Assembly: GCA_965112155.1 (NCBI GenBank)
Contig: OZ218114.1
Reading direction: 5' to 3' (one strand)
Source: Podarcis liolepis
Lineage: Eukaryota
DNA: 64,000 nt
Position numbers and translations under genes: made by a program. The notes below the pieces were generated by a model, which was given only the letters and a program-made list of their open reading frames with translations, had not been told where the DNA came from and did not search any database. Within the stretch, counting starts at the first letter, position 1, and each line of letters opens with the position of its first letter. Below, in pieces: positions 51,693 to 64,000 of the stretch.

Positions 51693-51900
51693 CAGGCATG
51701 TCCAAAGTCTGTTTTGGGGGCCTAATCCGGTCCATTGCTCAATTTAATCCGGCCCCCGTGGCAGTATATGTCCTGGGGTAAAATCCTAAAAAAAGCTCAT
51801 TAACTTCAATCCTAAAAAAAGCTGAACAACTTTGGTTGGCCTTCATGCACATTCACTTCATCAAATCTGGCCCTCTTTGAAAAAAGTTTGGGCACCCCTG
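51693..51900. mobile_element. hAT (Charlie-like) MITE, 208 bp
   Basis: Termini caggcatgtccaaa / tttgggcacccctg with an 8-bp TSD atttagga / acttagga. Confidence 0.78.
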
Positions 51901-52734
51901 ACTTAGGATATGATTCAGCCAAATGAAGCTTAAATATGCTTAATCCACAATCTTTAATCCTTTGATCTGTGGCTTTTTGTCAAGAGTTTAGCTTTAAATC
52001 TCTCAGCTTGTGTCAAATTATACTGAATTCTGTTTATTGGGCTGGCGGGGATTTTGCTGCACCCCTTTCTGTACAGTTCTTATCTGGGGCTTTCCCCACC
52101 CTGCAGATGTTTTGTTCCAGTGGTGGGAAACATTTCTGTCAAATCATGTGGTTACACTGACCAAAGTCAATGACATCAGAGAGCAGTGCACATTATTGCT
52201 GGCTCACGTTGGAGCCTCTACCTCTGTTTCCAAAACATCCTTTCTTAAATCTCTAAACTGGCTTCCTGTTTGCTCCTGGATCCAGCATAAGCACCTTCCC
52301 CTGACCTTGAAATCATCACATGGCCTTGTGGCTCCTTATTTTTCTGCTCTCCCCACTCCAATTTATTTGATTTCTGTATATTTTACTGTGCAATCCTCTG
52401 TATCAGAAAGGAGACTCACTGAGTTCAATGAGTCTTACCCCCAGGTAAGTGTGTATAGGATTGTAGTCAAATTGTCTTATTTTATCTTGTTTCATTTTCT
52501 TATCTCTTCACTTCCTTGATCGATGTGTTTGGAAAGACAATATATAAATAATAAAGTATCACAGACCCCCTAAAGAGTTGGTGACTCCATGTGGTGCCAC
52601 TAAAACTTGTACTGAGCCAAAGTCATTCACAGTGTGCTGCAGTCAAGGGAATCATTGGAAGCAACCAATCTTTGTTCCCTGGAAAACTCAATCAAATATG
52701 CTTTGGGAATGCTTCTTGCTGGACAGTGGCCAAT

Positions 52735-52977
52735 GAAGAAGAGTTTGGATTTGATATCCCGCTTTATCACTACCCGAAGGAGTCTCAAAGCGGCTAACAT
52801 TCTCCTTTCTCTCCCCCCCCAACAAACACTCTGTGAGGTGAGTGGGTCTGAGGGACTTCAAAGAAGTGTGACTAGTCCAAGGTCACCCAGCAGCTGCATG
52901 TGGAGGAGCGGGGATGCGAACCCGGTACACCAGATTACGAGTCTACCGCTCTTAACCACTACACCACACTGGCTCTC
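52735..52977 (-). mobile_element. Squam3-type SINE, full length
   Basis: Minus strand reads gagagccagtgtggtgtagtggttaagagcggtagactcgtaatctgg (tRNA head, A box) through to agccgctttgagactccttcgggtagtgataaagcgggatatcaaatccaaactcttcttc. Confidence 0.8.
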
Positions 52978-54365
52978 TCACACAATGTAAGTTCTATGGC
53001 ACATCATGAGTTAATAAAACGGTTTTCTAATGTTCTATCCATGAGGAAGAAATTGCAGGCGGCGGCGGGGGGGGGGGTATCATATAAAGCAATTTCCATC
53101 AATTTTGAACAGTGAGCGTAGAGTTTTGTTAAACTTTGTTACCTGCCTCCCTACACTCCTCTGACTTAAATATACAACAAGCCTCTGAGTCGCCTCATAA
53201 TTGGATAATTCTATACAGAGGCAGATTTAGGGCAGTATGACTGATTCCTCCACAGAGGGCACAGAGGCCAAAAAGGTGCCTTCCTGCCTCCTTCCCAAAG
53301 CATAGTAAACACTGGGCTTTGGAAAGGAAGCAGAGGGGCTCTGACAGGCTCCTAGAGCCTCGTGCCTCCTTCCCAAAGCCCAGTGCCTCCCTTACCCAAC
53401 TTTGGGAAGGCTGCTTTGGGCTGGTTGTGTGTGTCAACTTTTGGCCTTGCACAGGGCACCAGATCAGCAAGGTCCACCCTTCTTCTATGCCAAAGCTTTA
53501 AAACATGCCCACACACATCCAAAAAAACATAGCCTTTGACAGAATCTCCCTGTCCCTGTAGCTGAACCAGATATTCTTTTCTTCTGCGGCCTGAGTCGCT
53601 AGAGACTATCTTGCCCCTGACTTTGTAGCAACACGCCCCCCCCCCCCCCGGCTAGGTACTGATCCCTTGTGCAAATGAGGTCTAATTGGTACGTTCTTTG
53701 TAATTACTTCTTCCAGAGGTGCCCACTCCATCAACTGCTCGTTGGCAATTGCATCTATATTATTGATTTTAGTTTCCAGCCATCAATAGCGCAGCACAGA
53801 TAAATGCAAATACAGTCCAGGGCCATCTTCCTGATTGCTTTGCATCACTTTGGTCGTACCTGGAGTCATTTTACTATTGTCCGTGTCCTTCCTCACAACA
53901 AAATGTTGCTTTTTAGCAGTTGATGCTAGTTAGACTAGACAATGATCAATCAATGCACAATTTATGAACCTAGACTCAGGCAAAGCTTGTGCAATGTGAA
54001 ATGAACCTGATTCAAAAGTCTGGCTAAGGCAGGGGCAAACAAAGTAGTGCCCTCCAAATGTTGTAAACCACAACTCCTATCTGTTGGAAGTTTCAGTTCA
54101 ATTCAGCTTGTTGAGAGGGGTTTTCATGGGGTTAAGAAAGGTAGAATAAGGGACCTCCAGATTCCCAGACTAAGCTGTCAGCTAACCTCCCTATCTTTTT
54201 GATAATTATCTTAGGTTGCATCCTTTTAACAACTTTCTCCTCCTTTTCTTCTTCTTCCTACTTCTCTCTCAGACCTCAGAATGTGAGATCACCTTGGATC
54301 TATCCATGGAGAACAAAGGAGCAAGCATGACTGCATTTGTCTTCTTTAGATCAGTTAGTTATGTA

Positions 54366-54716
54366 AAGGTAAAGGGACCCCTGACCATTAAGTCCAGTCG
54401 TGACCAACTCTGGAGTTGCGGCGCTCATCTCGCTTTATTGGCCGAGGGAGCCAGTGTATAGCTTCTGGGTCATGTGGCCAGCATGACTAAGCCGCTTCTG
54501 GCGAACCAGAGCAGCGCACGGAAATGCTGTTTACCTTCCTGCCAGAGCGGTACCTATTAATCTACTTGCACTTTGACGTGCTTTCGAACAGCTAGGTTGG
54601 CAGGAGCAGGGACCAAACAACAGGAGCTCGCCCCGTCGTGGGGATTCAAACTGCTGACCTTCTGATTGGCAAGTCCTAGGCTCTGTGGTTTAACCCACAG
54701 CGCCACCCGCATCCCT
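54366..54716 (-). mobile_element. Sauria (Squam1) SINE, full length with TSD
   Basis: Complete from head to tail, with a perfect 13-bp TSD agttagttatgta (54353-54365, 54717-54729). Confidence 0.93.
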
Positions 54717-55974
54717 AGTTAGTTATGTACTTCCTATAATAAACTACTTCCTTATTTTCTTACTGGGCTCAGTGTCAATACTTTCTACCCTGACCATTGG
54801 CCATCATGCTGTCTTGGGCTGATGGGAGCTGTCATTCACAACATCTGGTGGGAAACACAGTGGCTAGCCCCGTGGAAACAAGACAAGCAACATAAGAAGA
54901 GCATTTTTTTAAAGGTTGACTGTGTTTCAGTTCATGTATTATTCTGGAAACTGTGAGTTAGGTAGGTTCTCTTATAAATGCCAACTGAACTGACTTTCTC
55001 CTCCATCCCTACTGTACACAAAGTCACATGGTTCACCACAGTCAATGGAATTAAATGAGGACAAAGGAGACCAAGGACTGTGAGGGCAAAGAGGGAGAAG
55101 GTAAATGGCAAAGAGAAGCAGCCATAACAGCAAGGGGAACACCATGGTGGCAAGCAAGTGAAATGTAACCTATGGAAGTTCAGACGGCAGCTTTTCAGCC
55201 TTGCTTTCATTTGCATTGAATATGCTGTTTTCCAGGCAAGTATCATAATTAAAGACTTACTGAATATCAAGATACTCTTTCATTAAAAAGTATCAAGGAT
55301 ACTCCTTGAGTGTCAACAATCAGTATTATTATTTATTAAATTTGTATATCACCCTTCATTCCTAGAGCTCAGGGTGATTCACAACATAAAATTAGAATTG
55401 CCTTGTTTTTTTAATCTTATTTTCAGCAGCAATGAATTATTTCTTTCCAAGCAAGCATCTAAATTAGCAAACAACTATTAGATATTTTTTTAATCACCTA
55501 GGAAGCATCTGCTCTTGTTCTAATCTCTATGCTTTCGTGTGATTGTTTTAATGCCTTTGCCTTCAGACGGAGATGAATATATAGTGTTTTTTGTGTGTAA
55601 AGAATTAATATATTCTGGGCACACACACATCCCAATGCCCAAATCTAAGCTCAATGTTTGATGAACGTCCCTATAGTCTGAAACAACGCCTGGCACAATT
55701 TCAGGAAACAGTCCGTAACAGGGTCAAAGGGAGACAAAGAATAAGCTAAAGTTCCCAGCACCATTTAGCTCCCAGGATGGTTTGGGGGAAGCCACACACT
55801 TTAAATGTATGATGCGGATGTAATCTTAGATCCAATTTAAATTTATTTATTTATTATTTTATTTAATTCATTTATTCATTTTTGCTGATAAAAAGGAACA
55901 GGGTACCTGTTAGGCAGGTCTCACGCCCAGTTTGAAAGCATCCTCAAATTCAAAATCTGCCAGTAGAGGTGGAA

Positions 55975-56240
55975 CATACCTATCAGGGCTAGCAGTCATT
56001 GATAGCCTTACCCTCCAGTAATTTCCCTAATCCTCTTTTAAAGCCATCCCCCTTGGTGGCCATCACTGCCTCCCATGGGAATGAATTCAATAGTTTAACT
56101 ATGCACCGCACGAAGGAGTAGTTTCTTCAGTCTGTCCTGAACATTCAGCTTAACTGGATGGCTCTGGCTTCTAATGGTATAAGAGAGTGAGAATTTTTCT
56201 CTCTGTCTACTCTCTCCATACATGCATAATTTAATACACT
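55975..56240 (-). mobile_element. Old CR1/L3-type LINE 3' fragment
   Basis: cattgatagcctta..taatcctcttttaaagccatcc..ttggtggccatcactgcctcc..tagtttaactatgc matches a common squamate CR1 subfamily, by recall. Confidence 0.6.
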
Positions 56241-58531
56241 TCCATGCATTTTTGGGTGTGTGTGTGTGTGTCTGCAGCTCCTGAATCACTGCTCCACGAG
56301 TTTCCTCTTTGCAGACAGGCCCTCAATGCAAGATCAGTGTAGGGGCAGGGTCGAGCCAGGATGTGTTGGCGGAGCGTAAGACATCCTGCTTTCTCTCCAC
56401 ATGATGATAATCTTGTGGAGAATGACTGGCTGGTATTTAAGCCTGGTATGCAGTGGACATAATTGTACCCAGAAGCTACGCGCTAGGTGGGGTGGAGCTG
56501 ATCCTTTTCCTACTGGGAGAGAGAGGGGAGGGAAGAGTGAGGAACTGGCAGGACTACCAAATTGGCTTTGCCAGTGCATTTTCATTGCTTCTAAAATCAA
56601 AGAGGAATTTATATCTAGGCTTGAGGGAAACCAAGTCAGCAAATATTAGATGGGTATGAACTTTGATGCAAATATCTGGTTTCAGTGGGACCTGTTTATT
56701 GATATTAATGTCAGCTCCCATTCACACAATTTCACGGTCACATTGGCAACAGCAAACAGCACCAGGGACAGCTCTTTTGCAGAGAAGTGACACCAGGTGC
56801 AAAGGATCTTGGGAGAAGCAGTAGCTGGGGAGAAAGTTATATGTAGGAAGCAGCACTGACAGCAGCCGGGCAAATATCTTTGTGGCTGAAAATGAACATC
56901 ACATCACGTTCTATTTCTGTCTTTGCTGGAATGGAATTTTCTGAGAAGTTAAGCTAAGAGCAAAGCAGCAAGGTGGACGACATCTCAGGGCCACCACACA
57001 TGACCTATTCTCTACACAGAAATAATGAGGAAGACAAACTGTACAGTGGTCTCCTGACCCATAAATTCATGGCAAAATATAGGCACTTGAACTGACTCCA
57101 CACCACAATGTGCACGTGGTGGCGGCAGCTGTTTTTAGTCTGCCCTCCATTTTTTTCAAATACCATGCTTTCATTTTTCCACTCCTTTAGGAGTAAAAGA
57201 ATGGGGGGGGGGAATACATAGCCCTCTAGATATTGTGGGACTCAAAGTCCCAACAGCCCCAGCCAGCATGGCCAATAGTAAGGAATGGTGGGAGTTAAAG
57301 TTCAGCTGTATCTGGAGGGCTACAGGTTAGCCACTCCTGAACTAGAGAAACATTGACAACACAGCTGTCTACAGTATTCAAGGCTGTTTAATGCAAATTA
57401 CTTAGCCCCTGCCAATTCAATGCATGTGGTTATGAGGCCAGGGTATGGTCTCATTCCTGACCAAATTATAGTCAATCTCTCACGGAGAAAAGAGATCCAC
57501 AATGTAATCTCTACACAATGCTTCTTTGCATGCCCTTGGTGGTGAAATTTTTTTGTGTCCATGTACAATTTCTAAACTATGCACTCTAAACACATTTTGG
57601 CATATTTCTCAAGCCAAGGCTGAGTTACAAAATTTGGAGCAGTGTGAAATCTTATGGATAATTATGTTCTAACCCACGCATTAGTTTGGGAGGTGCAGGT
57701 CAAGTCAATTTGCATTGGAGTTCACAGAAATTGAATTCCTCAAGTATCTTAACAACAACAGCAACAACATGTTTGGCCACTTTCCGTAGAAAGACCCTGG
57801 GAGAGACCCAATGTTAGTAATACTTAGATTAGACCTACTGAAATCAATAGATTTTACTGCGTCTGCTCTGAGTATGACTTGCTTGGATTATCACTCACTG
57901 CCAATTAAAAAGTCCTGACTTGTTAGGCCTGGTCTAGACAATTGGCAAAGTTGATCCTGGACCAAACCACTTCATGCTGTAAGGGAGATTTGTGCATTTC
58001 TTTGAATATTCTTCCATGGGATAAAAATGCTTACAAACATACAGATGGAGAAGCCCAGGTTTGAAGACCAGGCTAATTTTCTGTGAGAAGAGAGGGGTGC
58101 ACATGGAAGAAAAAAAATCAGTTATGTAGTTCCTCACCCACTTTCTGAAATGGTACACTACAGGAACAGTCTTTGTATACTTGGCCTTAGGCAGTGAGGA
58201 TTATCTTAGCCAGCCCTGCTTACTCAGAAGTAATCCCCACCAAATTCAACTGGACTAACTCCCCAGTGGTATTATAACTTGTTAATTAATTCAATCAGTT
58301 TATATCTGCACTAACTTGTTTATGACCAAAATGGTACTATTGAAAAGGGGAAAAATAACCTCCCTATTTTATCTAAGAGTAGACACTATCCTAGAAGAAA
58401 CATTTCCTCCTATAATAAAATGATGGAGAGATGCCTCTTCTAGGATGGATGCGTGAATCTGAAAGTTTTTATAGTACTTCTGTTAAAAGTTATTAACTTT
58501 TCTTTTGGGGGAAAAAGGGTTGTATCAGTGG

Positions 58532-58801
58532 TGTTGTTGTTGTTGATTAGTCATTTAGTCATGTCCAACTCTTCATGACCCCATGGACCAGAGTACGCCA
58601 GGCATTCCTGTCTTCCATTGCCTCCCACAGTTTGGTCAAATTCATGTTAGTTGCTTCGAGAACACTATCCAACCATCTTGTCCTCTGTCATCCCCTTCTC
58701 CTTGTGCCCTCAATCTTTCCTAGCATCAGGGTCTTTTCCAGGGAGTCTTCTCTTCTCATGAGGTGGCCAAAGTATTGGAGCCTCAGCTTCAGGATCTGTC
58801 C
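58532..58801 (-). mobile_element. Bov-B (RTE) LINE 3' end
   Basis: (CAA)n tail plus hallmark Bov-B text: gtccaactcttcatgaccccatggac, tccaaccatcttgtcctctgtcatccccttctcc, agcatcagggtcttttcca and aggtggccaaagtattggag. Confidence 0.9.
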
Positions 58802-60188
58802 AGGTGGTATTGAACCCCAAACCTCATCAGCCCCAGCCAGCATGGCCAATGGTCAGGGATCATGGGAGTTGTAGTCCAAAATTGGTTCTCCCATCAAGGC
58901 AGCAGTGGAAAGTGGAGACACTTGCACCAAGTGAGGCCTCCAGTTTCTGCCAACTCCCCTCCACCTACTGCATTCCTTTGTGTCACCACCCTACCCTACA
59001 CTGTTCTGGAGGGTCCCCCAACCCTCAGGGGTAGCTTTTCATGAGATACAAGGGGTAAGAGGTTTAAATGGGTTGCCCTAACTTGCACCAAATCAAGTAT
59101 TTTCTAAAGCCACTGTTGGATACAACTCCAAAATGGGTTGCCTGATTAATCAGGGATGCCATTTCAGTCAATTAATTTTTTAATCAATTAATCTCCCTGA
59201 TAGATCAATTAAAGGTTGCATTCCCAGAGCCATGTATGTCTGCTAAGGACTGCAGCTCATGTTAATGAATCCAGAAAGCAATCCCCTCCTTGGCTCTGTG
59301 TTTCAAATTTATCAAGGCTGATTAGAAGCCTCACTTCACCCAGAAGCCTTTACTGCAAGGTTGGAGGGGTGGGGTGGGGGAAGAAATAGCCCTTTTACCT
59401 CTCTCCAGCCACCTGATTGTTAAGGAATAATAAGGTGGTTAAGGAAACCAAGAGGCAACACATCTGCATTAAGCAATATTATTTGGTATGCACCCTGAAC
59501 ATATTCACACCAAGCAGAGCTGTTGCATAATACAGTGCCTATTAAGCAGCAGTCATCTCTGTTTTAGGTCTTTGTGACAAAATTGCTCCCTTGGAAATGT
59601 CCCTGCACAGCAGCCATTTTGATTAAGCATGTGCCATTTAAATGGAAAAGGGCTGTACTTTTTAATGATTGAAACACACACACACACAAAATCCCTCGCT
59701 GTTTACGCTGAGCTCACTCAGAATGATCTAGAAGGAATAAATATTTTCTTGGACAAGGTTTTTTTTTTTTTTAAAAAAAATATCGCTCGATGAAAGCACC
59801 AAGAACACCCACAAATACTTCAAATAGACGCATGACTCACCCTGTGAATTCATTAGCATTTCCATCCTGGGAAAGGTCTATCAATTGCTGTGCAAAGTGC
59901 CTGTGGAATGGAGCTATTTGTACTCATAGTAATAATCACAACTGGTAATGTGGTGATTTGTGATCCCCCCCCACTTTCCCTCTCATGCAAGGATATAATC
60001 CACATGGGACTGTCAATATGTGTTCAGTTGGCGGTGGGCTACTTAGAGAACTTTGGCAGGCAAAAGATGACTCATGGGTTTGCTTTAAAGAAGCAAGGTT
60101 TCATACGGTTCTACAATGATGTTCATGTTTACATATCTCAGTACCACTTTTTACATTGAGCCTCCTTTATCTGTGATTCTACAAACTA

Positions 60189-60648
60189 GGGATGGACAAA
60201 TCTCTCAGTTACAGTTTCTTTCCATTTTTAATTCCTCCCCCCCCCCCAGTTTTAAGTTCAATCCTCCACATTCCCACATTAGTTTGCTATTATTATTTTT
60301 TTAATCCCCATAAAAAGTCACCAGCATTTTAGTGTGCTTTTCTCATACTGTACACATTTTTTTTTGTATTAATAATACATTTTTGTATTTTTTCTAATAC
60401 ACACATTTTTTTGGCAAGCATTTTTCACAAGTGGAATGCATTTTGTGTGACATTTTCATTAATATATGCAACTTTATGCACACTTTATCCTTGTTTATGC
60501 ATTTTTGTACACATTACTTGGCTGGGAAACTTCATTGCAAAATTTGGAGAAGTACAAATTTCAGAGGATGGTTGAGTGCCAGTTTGTACATTGTTTCAAA
60601 ACGTGTAGGTTCTGAACTGCTAGCAGAATTGAATTTCTTCCCCATCCC
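60189..60648. mobile_element. AT-rich non-autonomous DNA element, same family as 6773-7203
   Basis: Termini gggatgg / ccatccc and shared internal motifs. Confidence 0.6.
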
Positions 60649-61436
60649 TAGTGTAAACTGTCTTTTGAGCAAGAAATCTATGAAGGGCTGGCTCAAGTCA
60701 TCAACACTTTATTCTGAATCTAACAGCTTCTCTTGTTAAGCTGGTGCTCCTGATAATGCCTTTTGCCATCTTTGTAAGCGAAACTGTTCTCAGAGTTTAT
60801 CAATAGGGCAGCTTTATTTTACACATTTTCTATTTTGAAAAGTGGAGAATCTGCATTTTTCATCTCAGCATTCTCAGGTGCAAGATGAAGCTTGCATAGC
60901 ATGGAAAATAGTCCGACCTATTAAATCTGCCACCTCTTCATTGACTCCATCTCAAGACACAAATCAAATGCAGACTTTATGGCTTTGACACTCAACCAAC
61001 TTTTGTTCTTCCTTCCCTTTCCCCTCTGCTTTCTTTAACACCCAGCGTGGTGAAGAGCCCTGAAAAGCTTGAAAGCTTGCTCACAGTTGTGTCATTTTGG
61101 TTGGTCAAATTAAGGTATTTCCCAACTGTGGATTTTGGAATTATTCTCAGAGGAGGATGTTCAAAGATTGAAGGGCTGTAGGTCAGTGGTAGAGCATCTG
61201 CTTTGCATGCAGAAGGTTTAACCTCCAGCATTTCTAGGTAGGACTGGGAGAGACTCCTGTCCTGCCTGAACACTAAGACAGCCACTGCCTCTAAGTGTAG
61301 AAAGTTCTGACCTAAATGGAACCATTGGTTTTGTTCAGTACAAGGCAGCTTCCCATTTTCCTATGTCAATCTGACCCCAATGTATGAAATGTACACTTTG
61401 GAACAATTCAGTGAATTCATGAAAAGCGAAAGCAGT

Positions 61437-61794
61437 AATCATAGAATCATAGAGTTGGAAGAGACCACAAGGGCCATCGAGTCCAACCCCCTGCCTAGCC
61501 GGAAACACCATCAGAGCACTCCTGACATATGGTTGTCAAGCCTCTGCTTAAAGACCTCCAAAGAAGGAGACTCCACCACACTCCTTGGCAGCAAATTCCA
61601 CTGTCAAACAGCTCTTACTGTCAGGAAGTTCTTCCTAATGTTTAGGTGGAATCTTCTTTCTTGTAGTTTGGATCCATTGCTCCGTGTCCGCTTCTCTGGA
61701 GCAGCAGAAAACAACCTTTCTCCCTCCTCTATGTGACATCCTTTTATATATTTGAACATGGCTATCATATCACCCCTTAACCCCCTCTTCTCCA
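61437..61794 (-). mobile_element. CR1 LINE 3' end including the ORF2 C-terminus
   Basis: ORF 61604-61924 contains EKRGLRGDMIAMFKYIKG..RTRSNGSKLQERRFHLNIRKNFLTVRAV, typical of CR1 ORF2, followed by an attctatg tail. Confidence 0.92.
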
Positions 61795-62334
61795 TGCTTT
61801 GAGCAAGAAGGGAAACCCAGCCAGATGGGCGGAGTATAAATAATAAAATTGTTGTTGTTGTTGTGGCAAGAGACTTCTCCAGAACAACACCAGGCCATCT
61901 GATCCAAAGTCTCATCTTCTGCACTGGGCTGAAGAAAAAAAGAGTGGAAGGGGTAGCCTTCCTCGGTTAATGGAGCTGTTTCCGAGGCTGGGGATACTTT
62001 GACCCCACCCCCCGCTGCTGTTGGACTACAACTCCCATCATCCCTTGACTACTGACTATGCTGGTTGAGAATGATGGGACACGGCCCAACAACACCCGGA
62101 GGGCCACAGGTTCCCTGTTCCAGGACCAGGCCATCAAGTCTCGGCTTCTTCCCTCCTTCTCTCACTCCTGTTGGTCCCAGAGCATGAGCTGAAGTTATAT
62201 GATGCAGGATCTGCACTGGAATGGAATAGTTCTGGAGCCGATCAGTGTCTGAAATAGGGGACTACATTTATCCAGTCTTGAGTTCGTAAAAGAAAGACGG
62301 GATATAAATCTAACTAGAAGAAAAGGAAAAAATC

Positions 62335-62614
62335 CGGAGGGTTGCGCAGAGCTGCCTGCATTCCGAAGCCTTGGGACCGTTGAAGAGCGCGCCCGGGCTT
62401 CGCACAGCTGTCCGCAAGCCTGGGAAGACCGGCGTGGCTCCCTAGCCTTGCGGATAGCAGGCTGTTCTGGGGGCTGGGGTCGGGGGAAGCCTGAGCTTCC
62501 CCCGTGCCAGCCCCGTGCCTGGGGGGGAAAATATTTTTTCCTTTATCCCCCCCCCCAAAAAAAAACCTAGGTGCGTCCTATAGGGTGGTGCGTCCTATGG
62601 GGCGAAAAATACAG
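62335..62614. mobile_element. Truncated Tc1/mariner-pogo element (one end only), CpG-rich
   Basis: Ends ggtgcgtcctatagggtggtgcgtcctatggggcgaaaaatacag followed by TA; no matching left end seen. Confidence 0.55.
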
Positions 62615-63802
62615 TAAGTGAGGAGAAATCCACACCTTACATTTAAAGCACATTTGAAACATGTCTTCCCCCAAAGAACCCTAGGAACTGTAGCTGACCC
62701 CTCACACAGCTACAGTTCCCAGTACCCTTAACAAACTAGTTCCCATAATTCTCTGGGGGTGAGCAAAATGTGCTTAAAATGTATTACGGTGTGTCCGTCA
62801 CAGTCTGGCTGCTTTCTGACAACCTCTTCTTTCCCCACTTCTTCCTGTTATTTTCCACTGCCCAGGCCTAGCACCAATGCTGGCAGGAAGAGGTGGGGGT
62901 GAGTAGTGGAGAGCAGGGAGTCTGGCATGGCTGACAAGCAGCCACTGGGGTGCTTGTAATGTATAACAGTTTGCTAATACGGACGAAGGCAGTCAACTGT
63001 ACTCTTGCCAAAGGCCCTCTTGTGAGTGACATGCTAACAGGAGATGATTGACTGGGCACCCGGGACCGAGTGTGCAGTGGGCTTCCTCTTGCATGAGCCC
63101 AGTATGATGTATTGAACAAATTATTTCTTTATTAAGAGTAAATTTCCATAATGGTGATGTATTGTGTTATTCTTCTCACCTTCCACCCGCTTTGCCTGCC
63201 TCCCTCCCTCCTAATGAAGACGTGTGGCCTACCGGAAAGCCAGGCGCGTTCCCTGAGCCACACGCTCTACTCTTTCGCTTAGCATGGGTACAGCTGGGTT
63301 CATTTATCAGATGGCACAGACCTTAATCTCCCTGCCATCTAAATTACATGGCTGGCCCTTTAAGATTGGGATCACCAGAGCTTTAATCATGTCCAGAAGG
63401 GTAAAGACCTAAACTAAGATTGCATGCATTCTTTGCTTTGCTGAGTTGCCCCAAGTGCAACTGGGCAAATGGAGCTGGGCAAGGGGATGGCCAGGATGCC
63501 TTCGGGGTTAAAATAGGGATGGTGTATTATTGCCGTTGTCATCATCATCATCGTCGTCGTCATCGTCATCATCATCATCATTAGTCTCTGCCCATCTGAC
63601 TGGTTGCTCTAGCCATACTGGGTGGCTTCCAACATATATAAAACATAATAAACATTGAACATTAAAAAACTTCCTTATACAGGGCTGCCTTCAGTGTCTT
63701 TTAAAGGTTGTATAGTTACTTATCTCCTTGGCTCAGAGATCACAAAACTCCATACCCTCCAACATTTCTCCAATGAAGAGAGGGATGCCCTAAGGAAAAG
63801 CT

Positions 63803-63868
63803 AGGGACGCAGGTGGCACTGTGGGTTAAACCACAGAGCCTAGGACTTGCCCACGAAGGGGTGAGCTC
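63803..63868 (+). mobile_element. Sauria SINE 5' head fragment
   Basis: agggacgcaggtggcactgtgggttaaaccacagagcctaggacttgcc is the reverse complement of the heads of the full copies. Confidence 0.75.
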
Positions 63869-64000
63869 TGAACACCAGTTGTTGGGGAACACAAGAGGGA
63901 GAGTGCTGTTGTGCTTGTGGGTTTCCCACAAATTGGCCACTGTGAGAACAGGATGTTGGAACAGATGGCCCATCCAGCTCTCCAGCTCTCATTATGTTCT

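Noticed and set aside
28902-52519. Other long ORFs (28902-29411, 39923-40360, 52010-52519)
   Set aside because: They overlap degraded DNA-element or L2 remnants and lack splice or domain support.
56540-56800. Minus-strand CTGKAN and HFSAK resembling FHCSAKAN of the missing exon
   Set aside because: These are short chance matches; an in-frame stop precedes the first and the surrounding residues do not match.
58890-58950. Minus-strand VSTFHC resembling VVTFHC of the missing KIRREL3 exon
   Set aside because: The flanking residues (LEASLGAS / CLDGRT) do not match KIRREL3 and no suitable splice sites were seen.
61604-61924. 106-aa ORF as a host gene
   Set aside because: It is the C-terminus of CR1 ORF2 in a 5'-truncated LINE.
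62335-62614. CpG-rich patch as a promoter CpG island
   Set aside because: It is short and ends in a mariner-type terminal repeat plus TA, so a young transposon fragment explains it better.

Overview
Vertebrate genomic DNA, very probably a squamate and most likely a lacertid lizard, judged from Sauria/Squam1 SINEs, a Squam3-type SINE, Bov-B and CR1 content. The whole window appears to lie inside KIRREL3 (Neph2, an Ig-superfamily synaptic adhesion molecule), transcribed on the minus strand. Five coding exons were placed to the base with GT-AG boundaries and a continuous frame: 26452-26600, 24825-24952, 16882-17008, 4795-4895 and 2945-3143 (704 nt, second half of Ig3 plus Ig4 and Ig5; exons 8-12 in human numbering from memory). 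The exon at 16882-17008 is missing from the supplied ORF track. The rest is intron, dense with SINEs, LINE 3' fragments, hAT, Harbinger and Tc1-mariner MITEs, a solo LTR and microsatellites, plus repeat-free blocks that may be conserved enhancers. Almost all other ORF-track entries look spurious. I found no convincing new multi-gene system. The best leads are: a head-to-head double-tailed Sauria SINE flanked by one direct repeat, which may be a single twin-primed insertion about 180 nt from an exon; a CR1 fragment carrying five nested insertions, four of them with readable target-site duplications (TSDs); and a candidate alternative terminal exon that would give a secreted KIRREL3 ectodomain. 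Repeat-family names come from my recognition of consensus motifs, not from a database search.
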